NCBI RefSeq assembly: GCF_036321535.1
Contig: NC_087437.1
Location: forward strand, 118,670,001 to 118,734,000
Source of the DNA: Camelus dromedarius
Lineage: Eukaryota
Reading direction: 5' to 3'
DNA length: 64,000 nt
Positions within the stretch are counted from its first letter, which is position 1; each line of letters begins with the position of its first letter. Below the pieces are notes generated by a model. It saw nothing but the letters and a program-made list of their open reading frames with translations. It was not told where the DNA came from and ran no database searches. The position numbers and the translations under genes were made by a program. Positions 25,401 through 39,480 of this stretch are shown one piece after another.

Positions 25401-28400
25401 CCTGACCAACCCAAGAAATTGTGAAAAGTGTGGGACAGACCTTTTTAAGTCACTGGCCTGTGGGTGGGTGAGACGTGGGGACTAATTGACATGGAATGCC
25501 CCATTGTCCCTTATTATAACAGTTCCGGTAGCATCTTTTTATAAGGCTTTTGTTTCCTTCCGTTTTATCAAACTACTTGAGTCTCTGAATTCTTGGGGCA
25601 AATAGGAAAGTGGAGAGAAAATCCCCAACTATTTCAAGAGTCATTTTGTCCCTCGGTGCCTGTCTTCCTGACGGTGGCCTGTCTTCCCTGCCCGCCTCCA
25701 TTGCTGTCAGTGGGGTCCAGGTGAACCTCCCGCCACAGGCACACATTGCCTTTTGAACGGTTTGGCTGTTTCTTCGTATAATCTGAAGGATTATAATCTG
25801 GCTTCCTCCTGGAGCAAGGCAGCAGACTGTGCAAACATTTTAAATTCCAAAATGGAAAGCTCTCTTGGCATCTTTCAAGGTCACTGCCCCTGTCTGGCGG
25901 CAGGTCGTTGCTGCGAGGTGTTTGTTAGCCTCAGTGGCCTTCATCCTTCCTGGCTGGCCTTCTGGCTGTGTGGTTGCGCTGCAGGATGTTCTAAGCACCG
26001 TCTTTTCTGCTCATCCCCAAAGGGTAGGAGACCCAAAGTTGAAGATTTTTGTTTTGTTGTGTAAAATACTGGTGTTTGCTACAGAACCGTTTATGGGTGA
26101 CCAGCACTATTTGGGGCGCCCTGTGTGGGCTGTAGGGGACACACATCTCTTCTTGGGAGAAGACATCTCCCAGGGGCACTGGCTTCCGTTACCGTGAATT
26201 TAGAAGAATTTTTTTGTTATTCCTACATTATATGCTTGTGATACGGTTTTGCTGGTTCCTCGATGGGAAGATGCTGAGTGTTATCAGGTCGTTTTGCCCT
26301 TCCTGCAGCTTTTTCACACACAGCCCTCGTGACTCACTTGTGGGCTATGTAGCCCTTTCACATGAAGCTCTGAGGTAACACCAAGTTTGCACTGCTCCAG
26401 GTGTGTCTGGTTGTGACAACCCCCCCCCCCCCCCGCCCCGCAGAAGCTCAGGGCCATGTCCCTTTTGATTTTGTGAGCTAAAGATTTGGTGACATTTGTG
26501 GAAACAGCATTCCCCTGCACCAGATCTGCCTCAGGTAGGGACACAGCTCACAGGAGGGACAAGCAGACTGAAGGGCTGGAGTATGTTAAGCCTCCACCGC
26601 CCTTCATCTGGGAGCAGCTTCCTGGCAGCTGTCATCCCCTTTCCTCACAATGAGGGTGTTGTCATGTGTACTTTGAAAGGTGGGTAACCTTGCAAATCAC
26701 GTGTTGTGTCCAGGTGTGGCACTTCCCAGCTTACTACCAGAAAGACTTCGTCACCTGGACAGTGAAGACAGGGGACACTAAGGCCAGCAGAGCTGAAGCC
26801 ACAAAGCAGCTGCATCTCAAGTCTGGCTCAGCCACCCCTCAGCATCCCCAGCCTCTTAAGAACGAGGGATGCAGGAGTGGCTGTCTCCAGGGTGACGAGA
26901 TTTGGGCTCCCAGGGGGAGGGTGCCAGTGACAAATAGCTTCCTCATCCTGCATGCTACTTGAAGGAAATCCCCCCATGTGTGTTCTTAAGGGCTCAGGAC
27001 GGCCCTCTGCAGGGCTGCCGGGCTGGAGGGGCGGGCACTCAGAGACCCATCCCCCACTTATATGTAGCCTGGCTTAGTGTTACTGGTTTTCAGACTGCTT
27101 TGGCCTCCAGTGGAAGTGAAGTGTCTGGGCCAGCCTGAGACCCCCCAAGGCTCTGAGGGTGGGGTGAGTGAAGGACACACACGTGCACGCGCACACAGGT
27201 CCGCACAGGTGGCGGGAACACACTCGCGCCCTCCACGAGGGCCTCCGAGGAGGAAGTCCCCGACCTCCTGCGGCGCTCAGAATTGGCCTTTGCTCTCTCA
27301 CCTGTGCCCGCGGGGTGGAAGCACTTGGGAGGGGGTGTCTGTGGGCTGATGGTGACTTGATTACCTTCTGAGAGTAGGCTGGGTCCTGGTTACAGAATCC
27401 CGCACGGTTCCTGGACTCTGTGTCCTTCCTCTCCCTCCTCCCCCATGTCGGAAGCTGCTGGGCCCCTCCTGCCAGGGCTGGCCCCCCCGGGGCTGTCTTA
27501 GCCGAGTCCCTGTGCGCCCACCTTTCCCAAGACGAATCCTCCCCTGCGCCCCCACCGGGTGCCGGGTCCGCCGCCAGCCTGCACCCTGTCTTCTCAGGAT
27601 GAACTGGTCCCATGTGGGCTGCTGGGTCTGGCCCCCCCCCCCCCCCCGAGGTGCTTCTGGCTCCAAGGCTCCCTTCCTCCGGCCACCGCAGGCATCCCCG
27701 ACCTGGAGCATGGACACTTCATAAACTTTCTTGGAGCCAGAAAATGCCCAGGGCTCTCCTTGTCAGGAGGCGTGGCTTTGATTCACTCTTCATTTTCTTC
27801 TCTGTCACTTCCACCTGCTTGTCCTTGTTCACCTGGGGATAAAGGCAGGCCTCCCTTCCGTGCGGGATGGAAGGCATCTGAGAGGTGGCACCACGTTCCC
27901 TTTCAGTCTTTTCCCATTGAAACAGCAGCTCTTTGCTTAAAGATCTCACGTGTGACATGGGGTCTAGAAAGTCTTCTGAATAATTTCTGCTTTGCGAATT
28001 TTCTTATTCAAATATGACGCTTGGATAAAGTAGTCCGGCTGTGCTCGGAGGCACGGGGCACAGTGCGCTGTTGCTTTGGGACCTGAGACCCTGTGGATGC
28101 TGAATCCCTGTTTCCCGCAGTCAGCGTGCGTCCAACAGTGTGTCCTGGAACATCACTGGACCCTCACACCGGCTTAGGAGTGTGGACGCAGACCTGGAGA
28201 AGAGGGGTCTGGCGTGCTGCGCCCCTGGGGCGTGTGAAGGGCGGTCATGAGGGTGTCTGTGTGGGCTGCACCAAGGAGGGGCCCCAGAGCTGCTGGGGTC
28301 CTTGAAGGAGGAGAGAGAGATGGCCAGGGGTCTGTGGACGAGGGCGCCCCGGAGGCAGAGGGACAAACTCAAACACAGGGACAGCAGGAAAGGGCAGCAG

Positions 28401-29004
28401 GTCAGCACAACTGGAGCACAGAGCAAACGGAGTTCCCAGGACAGCACGCCTGCTTCATCCATTGCTTTTGTGCTTCTGTGTTTTCTGTGGCTTCTTCTGG
28501 CTTGGAGAGGTCCCTCTGTCCTGGGAACTGCAGTGGCCACACTGTCTCAGGCATTTTGCAATAGGAAGCCATCTCTGTGTTATGTCCTAACAATCTTAGA
28601 GACTGCATGGTTTGTAAAAGAGAAAAAAATGATTGATGTTGACACATGAACTTGAAAAACAACCAAATGGTCAAGGTGAGGTGGAGGCGTCCCATTCCAC
28701 CAGGATGATTGCCTAACGAACTAGCCAGTGCCCATGCATCGGCACACACGGACCCGACAAAGCTTAACCAGTGGGGGTTCAGTGAGGGGAAACCTCTAGG
28801 TGCTAGAAAGGAAGAGGGGGCTGAGATCCAGGGCTCAACATGGCCAGGCTGACGGACAGGTTTGCATTGCATCACTGCCCGGAGAGAGGGGGGCACCTCT
28901 GGCTGGGTGCTGGAGGGTGGGGGGCTGTGCCCTCAGAAAAGCAGGGGAACGCCCACTGGTGCCTGCTCAGGGCTCTGGGTGGGGAGACGCGGAGCCTCTG
29001 ACAC

Positions 29005-29722
29005 CAGCTGGATGTCCAGCCATTCAGTTCAGCTCTGACCTGACCACACAGTCAGCGCCAGCGCCCACGGGTTACGGGACACGTCCTCCATGAGCTGCCC
29101 TCTCTTCCGACGCCAGCAACAGGTCTCGGGAGCTGCTCACGGTTCTGAGAAGCTGGCTGCAAATCTGGGGGTTCCCACCCCTCCTGGGGGTTTGATAATT
29201 TCCTCCAGCAACTTACAGAAACACTAAAAACATAACTATATTTACAATTATAGTTTTATTCGAAAGGATCCAAATCAGGAGGACCAGCCAAATGAAGGGA
29301 CATACGGGGCAGAGACTGGGAGGGTCCTGGAGTGGGAGTTTGTGCCCCGCCCTTGGTGTCGGGGCACATCACCTCCTGCCACATCAGTGTGCGCACCACC
29401 AGGAAGCCCTCCAGAGTTTCACTGGGGTCTTAGTGCATTGCTGGTCATGTGACTGAGCTCAGCCTCCATTCCCTCTCCCCTCCTGGAGGTCGGGGGTGGG
29501 GATGACGTGTCAGCCCCCACCATGTGACCCAGTCACAGACTGGGTCTTTCCAGCATGGCCAGCCCCTCCCCAGAAGCTATCCAAAGATGCACCCAGTTAC
29601 CTTGTTAGCATAAACCCTGGTGTGGCTGAAAGGGGCTCCTTATGAACCAGGACAGCAGACCCCCTGATCAGGGAGTTCCAGGGTTTTAGGTGTTTTGTGC
29701 AGGGATGTGGGATAAAGATCAC
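29005..29722 (-). mobile_element. MER21-like LTR
   Basis: ctggctgcaaatctgggggttcccac..ggtttgataatt..cagccaaatgaag motifs. Confidence 0.65.
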
Positions 29723-29730
29723 ATGTGTTC

Positions 29731-29830
29731 TTTTTTTTTAACTTTTTTTTTTTAGTGGAGGTGCTGGGGATTGAACCCAGGACCTCAAGCATGCTAAGCA
29801 TGCTCTCTCCCTCTGGGCTATACCCTCCCT
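29731..29830 (-). mobile_element. tRNA-Ala-derived SINE (Vic-1-like)
   Basis: poly-T followed by ggaggtgctggggattgaacccaggacctc..gcatgctaagcatg..gctataccctccc. Confidence 0.88.
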
Positions 29831-31443
29831 CCGCAAGACGTTCTCTTTATTATACTCCTTGTGATACATCAATGCTCCATACGGAGCACCCCTGGGTGTG
29901 GGGGTTTCACCACCTGCGAAAGAGATAAGCTAGGGTGGTGGTGGCCTGGGGAGTTGGAGGCAGTAGAGGCCAAGAGAAGTCTGTGGAGGTGAGGTTGATT
30001 TTGGAAGCTGCCCCAGCAAGACTGGCTGATGGGCTCCACTGAAGGCTAGGAGTGGGGTGTGGGATCAAGGATGAGGTCCTCGTCTCCGGTACCTGGCCCT
30101 ATCTGTCCAGCTGAGCTGGGAGAGACTCAGGGCAGGGACAGATCTGGGGAGCCGGGGAGAATCTAGGGCCTCATCTGGGACATGCTACATGTGAGGCCCT
30201 GTGGGGCCTCCCAGGGTGCTGATGGGGGTTGGAAAGGGGACATCGTATTCAGGAACCCAGAGGACAGTCTGGGTGACCTCATCTAGGATCCTGAGGACAG
30301 GTCCGGGATGCACCCTGCCAGGGAAAGCCTGCCCACGAGGTGGGGACCCCTCGGGAGCGTAGGAGCCGTCCGGGGAGAACACGGTCAGGGCGGGACCGTC
30401 ATCCAGGGGCCTGGGGCAGGCAATGGGGAGGCCTTTGGAGGCCTTGACCAGCACAGCTGCCATGGGTGGAAGGAGCAGCCTGGAGGCCACTCTAGAGGAT
30501 GACTGTTTCCAGATGTTTGGCCTGAGAGGGTGTGGGATCACCCTCCCCTCCCCTTCCATCCCCTCTCCTCCCCCTTGTTCTCCTTCCTTCTTTCCTTCCT
30601 TTTATTTCTTAGGACTGGACCTGTTAGCACAGAAATGCCAGTGGGGACATCTTGAGGTCCCTTTCCTGCAGGCCTATGGCCATCCCTGCGTCTCGGCAGT
30701 GTTGGGAATCCTGCACAGTCCTGATCTGTGAACTATTTAGGGAGTGAAATGCCAAAGATCCAGGAGCAGATTGTCTATGAAGGGGCGGAACTGTCCCCTA
30801 GACCTCCGATAACCGAGGAAGGAGTAAATGCCTTTCCTGAGGAACTGAGAGGAAGATTCTGGAAGCCTATCAATCAGATAATCTCCAGGGACGTCCTGCC
30901 AGGGGAACCTCTGGTGTCCCTGCAGGCTTGTCTCTGAGGATGATGATGGTGGGGAACTTTTTCCAGTGACACAGGGGCAGTTGCGTGTTCCCAGGACACA
31001 GGTGCCATCCCCAGCACTGGCCGCCCAGCAGCAGACAGAACAGAATTTCCACCTGCTTGAAGGCGCTTCCCGGGGCTTGCAGAGGGAAGGGCCCCCTCTG
31101 TCTTTTTAGGCCTGTGTCAAGGCAACTTGATGAGTCCTTGGCGTGAGCACCTGAGGAAGCTCCGGGCCCCAGCACAACGGCAAATGGGAACCTTTGGCCT
31201 CGAGAGCCTTCACATCCTGTTCACGTTACCTGCTCCGGTTTATCTCAAAAGCCTGCCCTCGGGGCCATGAGCCGACGTCGTGGCCCCATCAGGTGGCCCC
31301 GGGCCCTCGCCCGCCAGCCTCCAGGGTGATCTCCCCTCAGCGCATCCTGTGGACACTGGTGCCAAGCACTGTCTCGGGAAGGTGGAGGGTTGGGTCAGGA
31401 AAGCCGCGCTAGGGGCACCCACTCGTGTCTTGTGTGTCCGCAG

Positions 31444-31587
31444 GCACCCTGAAGGCAGCGTTCCTCGTCTTTGCCTCCCTGTGCGCCTGGTATTCCGGGT
31501 ACCTGCTCGCAGAGCTCATTCCAGCTGTGCCCCTGTCCGGCACCATCTACAGCATCCGGAGCATCGGTGAGAGGCCCGTCCTGAGAG
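31444..31587 (+). CDS. FAM3B: FAM3B exon 2 (signal/TM segment)
   Basis: ccgcag| acceptor and |gtgagt donor; 144 nt; encodes [48 protein letters not shown]. Confidence 0.97.
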
Positions 31588-32510
31588 GTGAGTACCACGG
31601 TCGGGTCTCAGCCCAGCTGCCGCGGTGAGGTGAGCCTCTGGCCTCCGGTCTGCCCGACTGGTCATTTGTGTTGACGAGGCTGAGGAGGAGGAGGAGGAGG
31701 GAAGGTCCTCTCCTGTGGTTCCTACACCATTCCAAGGTAGGTCCCCCCTCGTCCCCCTGGGAGACCCCGAGGCAAACTATGAGTTAGGAAAACAGACTTC
31801 GTGTGCAGGGTGCGTTAAGTAAAACTCTGCGTTGGGACTGGGAATGCAGTGAAATTACAAAAGATCCATTAAAATTGCATTGGAAAATGCGTGGGGCCCT
31901 AAAATAGTCAGATGTACCTTTTTTCAAAGTCTTGTAAGTAGGTATGCTGGCATATTTTTAATACAGAAATAAATTATACAGAAATAATTTGCACAAATAA
32001 AGAGAACCTGGTAATGATTTTAAAAATGTGTCAACACCATTCCTTTTCAGATTTAATTACCTTCTGTGACGAGTAAAAAAAAAAACTTTCTAGGAAATGA
32101 CTGTGACTGAAGTGTTTTGTGTCAGTTTTAATAAGGTTTTCACAGTGAAGTTGCATAAATCACATAGATTGTTGCATAAGGGCTGTGCATGGGGCCCAGT
32201 GCCGCAGGGGAGACCTCCCATGTGGGGGGCATGAGCATTGCCCTCCAAGGGCTACTTTCTCATTTTCTCCATTTTGAACAAAACGTGACGTCTGTCCTGG
32301 ATACAGGCTTACCTCTAGGAGCCGCCTCTGTCGCTGGTCTTTTTAGAAGGACTCATTCACGTGGTTTCTGACTCCCATCGGCGTGGGCCAGGAAGGCTGT
32401 CACCCTCTCCCTGTGACTGAAGCACACCAGGTTATCTGGAACCCAAAGGTGGTGGCCAGAGGCAGCCGTGACGGCTGTGTCCCGGCCAGCTGGCTTGCAA
32501 CCTCCACTTT

Positions 32511-33156
32511 TCTTTTAATTGCAGCGTAGTTGATTTACAATGTTGTGTTAATTTCTGGTGTACAGCGTAGTGATTCATTTATGTATATATATAAAAATAT
32601 ATAAATATTCCTTTTCATATTCCTTTTTATTATAGGCTATTACAGTGCATTGAGTATAGTTCCTTAATCTATACAGTAGGACCCTTTTGTCTATTTTACA
32701 CATAGTAGTATATGCTAATCCCAAACTCCCAATTTATCCCTTCCCACCTCCTTTCCCCTCCAGTAACCATGAGTTTATTTCCTATGTCTGTGAGTCTGCC
32801 TCTCTTTTGTAAATAAGTTCGTGACCTTTTTTTCTTAAGATTCCACATGTAGGTGATATTATATGGCATTTTTCTTTCTCTTTCTGGCTTACTTCACTCA
32901 GTATGCAAATCTCTAGGTCCATCCATGCTGCTGCAAATGACATTATTTTATTCTTTGTTAGGGCTGAGTAGTATTCCATTGTGTAAATGCACCACAACTC
33001 CTTTATCCAGTCATCTATCCACGGAAAATTAGGTTGCTTCCACGTCTTGGCTATTGTAAATAGTGCTGCTGTGAACATCGGGGTGCAGGTGTCTGTCTGA
33101 ATTAGAGGTTCCTCTGGATAAATGCCCAGGAGTGGGACTGCTGGGTTGTAGGGCAT
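32511..33156 (-). mobile_element. 5'-truncated L1 in FAM3B intron 2
   Basis: Minus-strand ORF PYNPAVPLLGIYP..CTPMFTAALFTIAKTWKQP; approximate TSD ctccacttt / ctccccttt. Confidence 0.93.
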
Positions 33157-34837
33157 CTCCCCTTTGGAGGGACACAGGGCTGATTGGGGGTCTGGTGGAC
33201 TCAGAGTTTGCGATTGAGACTAGTGATTCGTAGTTTAGTGCTCAGGTGGAGAAGAGATTAAAGGGGAGGCATGGTCCGCGGAGCTAGGCTGGCTTTGCCG
33301 CAAGGCCTACGCCATGCTGTCATCAGCAGCGTGACTGGAGGGGACACTCCCAGGGACAGGTGCCCCTTGTCCAGGTGCTGCCTCCTGGGCTCCTCCTGTG
33401 CGTCCTGAACAGGCAGGCAAGGATGTGCTTTCCCCGCCTCGGAACGAGGTCAATGCGAGCTGTGGAAGCGCTCAGTTCCTCCTGTCCCAGCGCCGTGCTG
33501 TTCTCAGTTGCACGGTCCCCCAGTCCCCTGCGGGTGGTGACCAACGGGTGGGACAGCATCAGAAGCAAAGACAGGAGCACGTGGAGATGGGAGGTCAGTG
33601 TACTGCGCACTGAGTGAAATGAATCTCAGAAACCGAGGCTCGGGGCACTGAACTCCTTGCACTCCTGCCCTGCTCCCGAGCAAGACCACACGGGCCCCCA
33701 CCTCGGGCTGGCGCACCTCTATCCAGGTTTGGCTTTTTCCACTGTGCTCTCTATTCTCTTAAAGTGGCCCAGTCCCTAGAGCTGTGGGGGCCTTAGGTCC
33801 GGGCTTCAGATTTCCCGAAGTTAACTTGCCCGCCAGGCCAGCTCTCCTTGGATGCACGCTGTCCCTGTGTCACATGTTGCCTCCCCACCATTGCAGCGTG
33901 ATTTTGAATCCTGGCTCATGGGAGAGACTCGCTGAGTCAGCCGGCTTTCCAGACCTAGCCTGACCTCAGCAGGGCCCCTGGTGGTTGCTGTAATCTGCTG
34001 CTCCTGCCTTTCTCTGAGGTCTCCTATTCCTCATACTTAATAGGGGTGGGGGTGGGGGTGGGGCTAGGCCTCACATTCAGCCCATCTACTTCCTGGAAGG
34101 TTCTGTGCTCCTTGGAAAAGGATGGAAACACAGTCCCCTCCCCCTGCAGGGCTCAGCACCCCCATGTCCTCCTCCTCAGAGGCCTCCTCCCTCCCTCCCT
34201 CCCCCATCTGAACCTCTGGTACCTGTGGTGGAGGTGACCAGCCAGCTATCCCTGCACCAGCCCAGGCCTCCCTCATTTTATTTACTTATCCCTTTATCCA
34301 GCCTCCCACTCTGACTTTTCCCCCAGCCCTCCGAACTGTCTGATAAATAGTTAATTGCTGACCTGACCATTGTGTTCTGTGGGCCTGCATTCCGGGCCGT
34401 TGTAAACCTCGTGTCTCAGTGTCACTCGGTGCCGTGCCTATGGCCCTGTCTTGCTGTGGGTGCCTCTCCTCCTGTCCTGCCGGGGCGAGGCCCCACATTT
34501 CCCCCTCGTGACTCAGGACCCGCACAGATGCGCTCAGACCTGGGGGAAGTTTTCTATGTGATTTGCGCATCCAGGGTGGAACTATTAGCCACAGCGTGTG
34601 TGTCGGCTTAAGGTGACCAAGTCGAACCCGACGCCTTTCCAAGACCAGCCTGCTGTCTGCATCCCACCGGCAGTGTGCGGGCTCCGGTCTCCAGCCATCC
34701 TCTCCCACCATCCTCACCAACACCTGCAGGTCCCAGCTTTCTGAGTTCGCCAGTCTGACCTGCGTAAAGCGGCAGCTCCCTGCTGGGACAAGCATTTCTC
34801 AAGTTTCCAATGAGTTTGGAAGAGCAAGCGGGACCCT

Positions 34838-35370
34838 ACAGTCATTGCCCATATCCGGGGACCCGACTCCAGGGCCCCCGTGGGCACCAAAATCCACGGG
34901 TGCTCAAGTCCCTTGTACAAAACAGCGCAGTGTCTGCATCACCGGCGCACATCCTCCCGCAGACTTTCTTCTTTTTTTCTTCCGGTTTTACTGAGACATA
35001 ATCGACAGACAGCACCGTGTACGTTTAAGGTTTACAGCATCATGATGCGACATGCACACGTCATGAAATGATTATCACAGGTTTAGTGAACAACTGGCAT
35101 CTCGCAAAGGCACAAAATTAAAGAAATAGAAAAATGAATTTTTTGTGATGGGAACTCTTAACGATTTGCTCTCTCAGCAGCCCTCTCCATACCTTGTCAT
35201 GTCTGGATTCCTTGCGATACCTAATATGACGTAAACGCTATGTCAGCAGTTGCCTGCAGGATGCAAATTCAAGTTTTCCTTTTGGACCTTTCTGGAATAT
35301 CTTTTTGAATCCTTTCGATCCCTGGTTGGTTGAATCCAAGATGCGGAGGGCTGGCAGGCCGTACTTCTTT
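34838..35370. mobile_element. MER2-like Tigger element interrupted by an antisense L1 fragment (~34975-35190)
   Basis: caccaaaatccacgggtgctcaagtccctt and ttcgatccctggttggttgaatcc halves. Confidence 0.7.
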
Positions 35371-38049
35371 GTGACGGGCAGGAGGAGGAACACGGAAGAG
35401 CTGAGGGGAGGAGCCCGGCCTCACTCCAGCCTCCGTGTGACTTGATCCCGAGCACAGTGGGCTGGTCGGGGCGCCAGGGTGCAAACCTGCTGGACCCACA
35501 GGCGGGCGGGTGGCCGTCCAGGGCCGCCTGCAGCTGCCTCCGGGCCATTAGGCCTCTGCCCCCAGGCCCCCACTCCTGTAATTACACATCTGTGACTTGC
35601 CCGTTTCTGAGGGGCTGTGCTCTGTTCTCGTTGACTTGTGGGGTGCTTCTCACGCACATTCAGCCGCTCACGCCTGTTTCCTACACGGCACGTCTCACAG
35701 GCTGCAGGGACCTTCTCCTCACTCACTCACTGCCTGTCTCTCCTGTTCGCGTGTCACCGCTGCCCCTGCAGGGCTGAGGGCGGTGTCTGCTGTTTCACAG
35801 ACCCATGGGGATTAGGTGTTTGCGTAGTTAGAACTTGTGACTGAGTGAAGGAATGGGTTTAATTGGAAGCCGGGCTCACAGCGCGGGCGGCAGAGGGAAG
35901 GACAGGGTGGGGTGCGTGGCCGAGAGCCCTGTGCACGTTTTCTTCCACGTTCTCCCACCGTGCATCGTCCCGTCATTGTCCCAGAAGGTCTTGGGAGACA
36001 AAATTAAACCGAGTGAATTGGCCGTGTTGAGTCACCTGCCTGGACTCTGAACCAGGATGAAACGGAAGAACAGCGGAATCGCTACTTTTCTGGAACACGG
36101 ACGGGAAGCCAGGAACACTCATCTTCGTTCTAATCCCGCCACTCGCTAGCCGCTGATGCCTTTGGGTTGTCCCCATCATTGGGGGTGATATTTACATGCG
36201 GGCTCTTTCCGATTCTGAAATAAACTCCCACATTGTGATGCTGTGACCTCTGGGCTTCGGCTCCACCTGGTAGAAGCCCAGGACCACAGCCTTGAACATG
36301 TGGCACGGTGCCGGTTTCCAGGCCCCACACTGAAGGCATGTGAGCAGCAGAGCCACTCTCCCCGGGGGGCGTGGGGAGGGGACCGCACAGTCTGCCGTCA
36401 GCGCCGCGCCCGCGGGAGCATTCAGCATTTCCCCACCTGGGCGCCGCTGAGCAGCTGAGCTGCGCCACCTGCACCGCTGAGGCTCCAGCCAGACAGGATC
36501 CTGGGCCACAGAGGGACGAGCGCTCCTTGTGGGTGCGGCCTGGGCTTGAACCTCACACTGAAGTGTGAACTGAAATGGCTGCGATGCAGTCATCATCCCT
36601 GTCGACCTGGTGCACACGGCAAGGCGGTGTCTCTGGAATCATCCGGCCCATTTAAAGGGTGAATGAGATGATAGTTCCCAAATCAGGAAGTATTTAGGAA
36701 AGAAAGAGTCCTGAACCCTGCTTCGGGAAATTAAAAACCCTGTGGGTCCAGGTGGCATCTAAGACTCTGTGTTTGTTTTGATAAATGTAAGTAGGAGAAA
36801 AGTTGACCTTCCTCAGGAAGAGGGTCGGTTCTAAGACAGAAGTTCACAGCAGGAGGCCCGCTCTGCCGGAGGCGATGCTGACGGTCAGGGCGTCTGGTCT
36901 GATGCTCAGGTGTCTCAGGACACAGGGAGGCAGGACACGGAGCGGGAGGCCGCCGGTCCCCGGCCGGGGCATCAGCATCCCTCTGTCCACCTGAGCTTTA
37001 CCTTCTCATCTTGGGGAAGGAATGTCGGGAAAAGTGCTGAAAGCCTGGAGGTGGCCTTCAGGGAACGTGGTAGAAGAGGCAGGCAGGTGGGAAACAGCTC
37101 TGTCTTCTCAGAAGACACATCTGCCCTGACACCCTCTCTCCGAATAAGGAATACGATTTTTCTTCATTCGTGTAATGACATTTTGTGCTTCTAGGAAGTG
37201 GATGGAAAGGTAAGAAAGCCTTTAAAAAATGCCGTACGAGTTACTCGACCGTTCCCAGACAGTGAGAAAACACGAATACCATCTCCGTGTCACCCTTGCC
37301 ACTAGAGCCACATCCTCCTTGGAGAAGCTGATGAAAACCTGTCACCTGCCTGCTGGAAAACCCGCCTGCACATATCCTCGTGAGCAGCATCTGAACTTTG
37401 CAGGGGCCCTGGGTTCGGAAGGCCTGCCCTCTGCAGGCAGAAGCCTCGCTCCCAGCAGGGCACAGGCTCCTGCTTCCACCCCACCCCAGCACCCAGGGGA
37501 GCTGGCTGCCACATGGACAGCCATGCCCCCGTGGGAGGAGGAAGGCAGTAGGGAGGGGAGGGGTCCCTGTGATGGCCATGCAGGGAGACTCCAGCGTCAG
37601 GCCTTCAGGTGAGTGTCCTGAGGTCAGGGGGCAAGAGAGGCAGGCAGACCGAGGCTCGTTCAGGACCTTGCTTGCCCAGTGGGGCGGGCCCCCTTGTTAC
37701 TGTCCCTGGGCCCCGGGCCCCAGCCCCCAGGTCTGCCTCATCCAGGAGGAGCAGAGAGGGTGCCAGCTGCCCCCACGACTGGTTCATCCTTCTGACTGGC
37801 AGGAGGAGGAACAGGGGACATCTCGGGTCAGAACCCAGCCCAGCTGTCCCACCTGGTCATCCCCTGTCTCTTCTGGCCAAGCTGGTCATAGAGAAACATC
37901 CTGCTCCTGCCTGCCTTCCACCTGCTCTCAGTTTGGAGTCTGCTGCCCCTGTCTCGGGCACCCATCATGGAGGGGAGATCATTGCTTAGGGTTCACAATG
38001 CCTGTTGGTGCTGGATCCAAAGAAAGAAGGGCAAGGAATGAATGTGTGA

Positions 38050-38155
38050 CATATACACACACACACACACGTATATGTGTGTGACTGAATCACTGAGCTG
38101 TACGCCTGAAACTAACACAACATTGTAAGTCAGCTACACTTCCCTAAAAAAAAAA
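38050..38155 (+). mobile_element. L1 3' end fragment
   Basis: gactgaatcact..gctgtacgcctgaaactaacacaacattgtaa followed by an A tail. Confidence 0.8.
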
Positions 38156-39074
38156 TTCACTGCTCTTTTTACAATATAAAATATAATGTTCTTTAAATTA
38201 TATTAAGTATATAAACTGTTATCTGATATGTTGGCAGGCAGAGCTTTCAGCTAAGTCAAAAAAATACAGATTATTTTCGAAATCTTCCCAACATTTTTGC
38301 AAAGAGGTACCCCGTTGCCCTGCTGCCCTCTCCTTCCCTGTTGCTCGGAAGTTTAATTCCTCACCTAAGTGTAACGTCTCTCAGCTTTCTGAGTCGCTTC
38401 ACGTACTTACTGACCAGGCTGCTTCGCTGGCACAGGAGACGGCACGTGGCTCGTGGCGGGGAAGACGAAGGCAGGGTAGTCACACCTGTGAGCCGCTCTT
38501 AACTGTTCAGCTCACAAGCAGCGTGGGTGATGCTTGGCCGTGGCTTCGGAAGCCACGTGCCTCTCTCACCCTGTGGGGACCTTTCTCCGGCGCACCGTCA
38601 CGTTACCAGACCCCGTTTGCCTCTATTTTTTCAGCTGGCTTTAAAGCAAAGCAAAATACTGTTTCTGATTTCCCTCTTACCTCCCCTGCTAATCTCCTGT
38701 CATTCTGTCTCCAAACTGCCATATCCCATGGGGGTCAGGAGGTACCTGCTATTCTCATGGTTTTATCCTTGAAGCTCCACTGGGGCTGGGGCTGGGGCTG
38801 CGTCAGACCAGCCACCCCTGCGGGTCACAGCACACCTGTCTGCAGTGCTCAGTGAGGACCTGGGTCGAGAGGATCCCGTAGCCAGGGCACTTCTGCAGCA
38901 TCGTGATGATGGCAGAGGGCCTGGAAATAATGCCCTTCTCCAAGGGCAGTCCACGTGACAGTGAGTGAGTCTGTGTGCCTGCTCAGGGGAGGGGTCAGTG
39001 ACGTTACGGGAAATGCAGGTGGCCTGAGAACCAGAGTGGCGCCCACTTCAAGAGTGTTCTCTCTAGACTGAGTG

Positions 39075-39480
39075 CAGAGCTTCCTTGACTCACGACAGGG
39101 TCACATCCCAATAAACCCTCCTCAAGTTGAAAATATCAGCTGAAAAGGTATCTAACCAACTGAACGTCATGACTTAGCTTCGCCCACCTGAACCGTGCCC
39201 AGAGCACCTACGTTAGCCTACGGTTGGGCAAAATCCTTTGTCACAAAACCGACTTTATAACTGGGCTGAGCGTCTCCTTTAGCGAACACTGTAGTGACGT
39301 CAGTGGTTCCCCTTGAGATCTGGGGGCTGACTGGTGCAGCAGAGCCACCAGCGCACTGTCCTGCATGTCACCAGCTTGGCTGAGGGTAACAATTCACAAT
39401 TCGAAGGACAATTTTTACTGAATGCGTGTCCCTTTTGCACCACCAGAATGTCAAACCACTTACGTCGGGGACCAACTGCA
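39075..39480. mobile_element. Tigger-family (MER82-like) element
   Basis: ccttgactcacga..catcccaataaaccc..gttgaaaatatc..ttagcctacggttgggcaaaatc..gtcggggacc. Confidence 0.65.

Noticed and set aside
32463..32477. Perfect short inverted repeat cagccgt-g-acggctg
   Set aside because: 7-bp arms are expected by chance in 64 kb
37398..38084. 228-aa intronic ORF
   Set aside because: Non-ATG start, GC-rich intron, no domain, ends in an L1 tail and CA repeat
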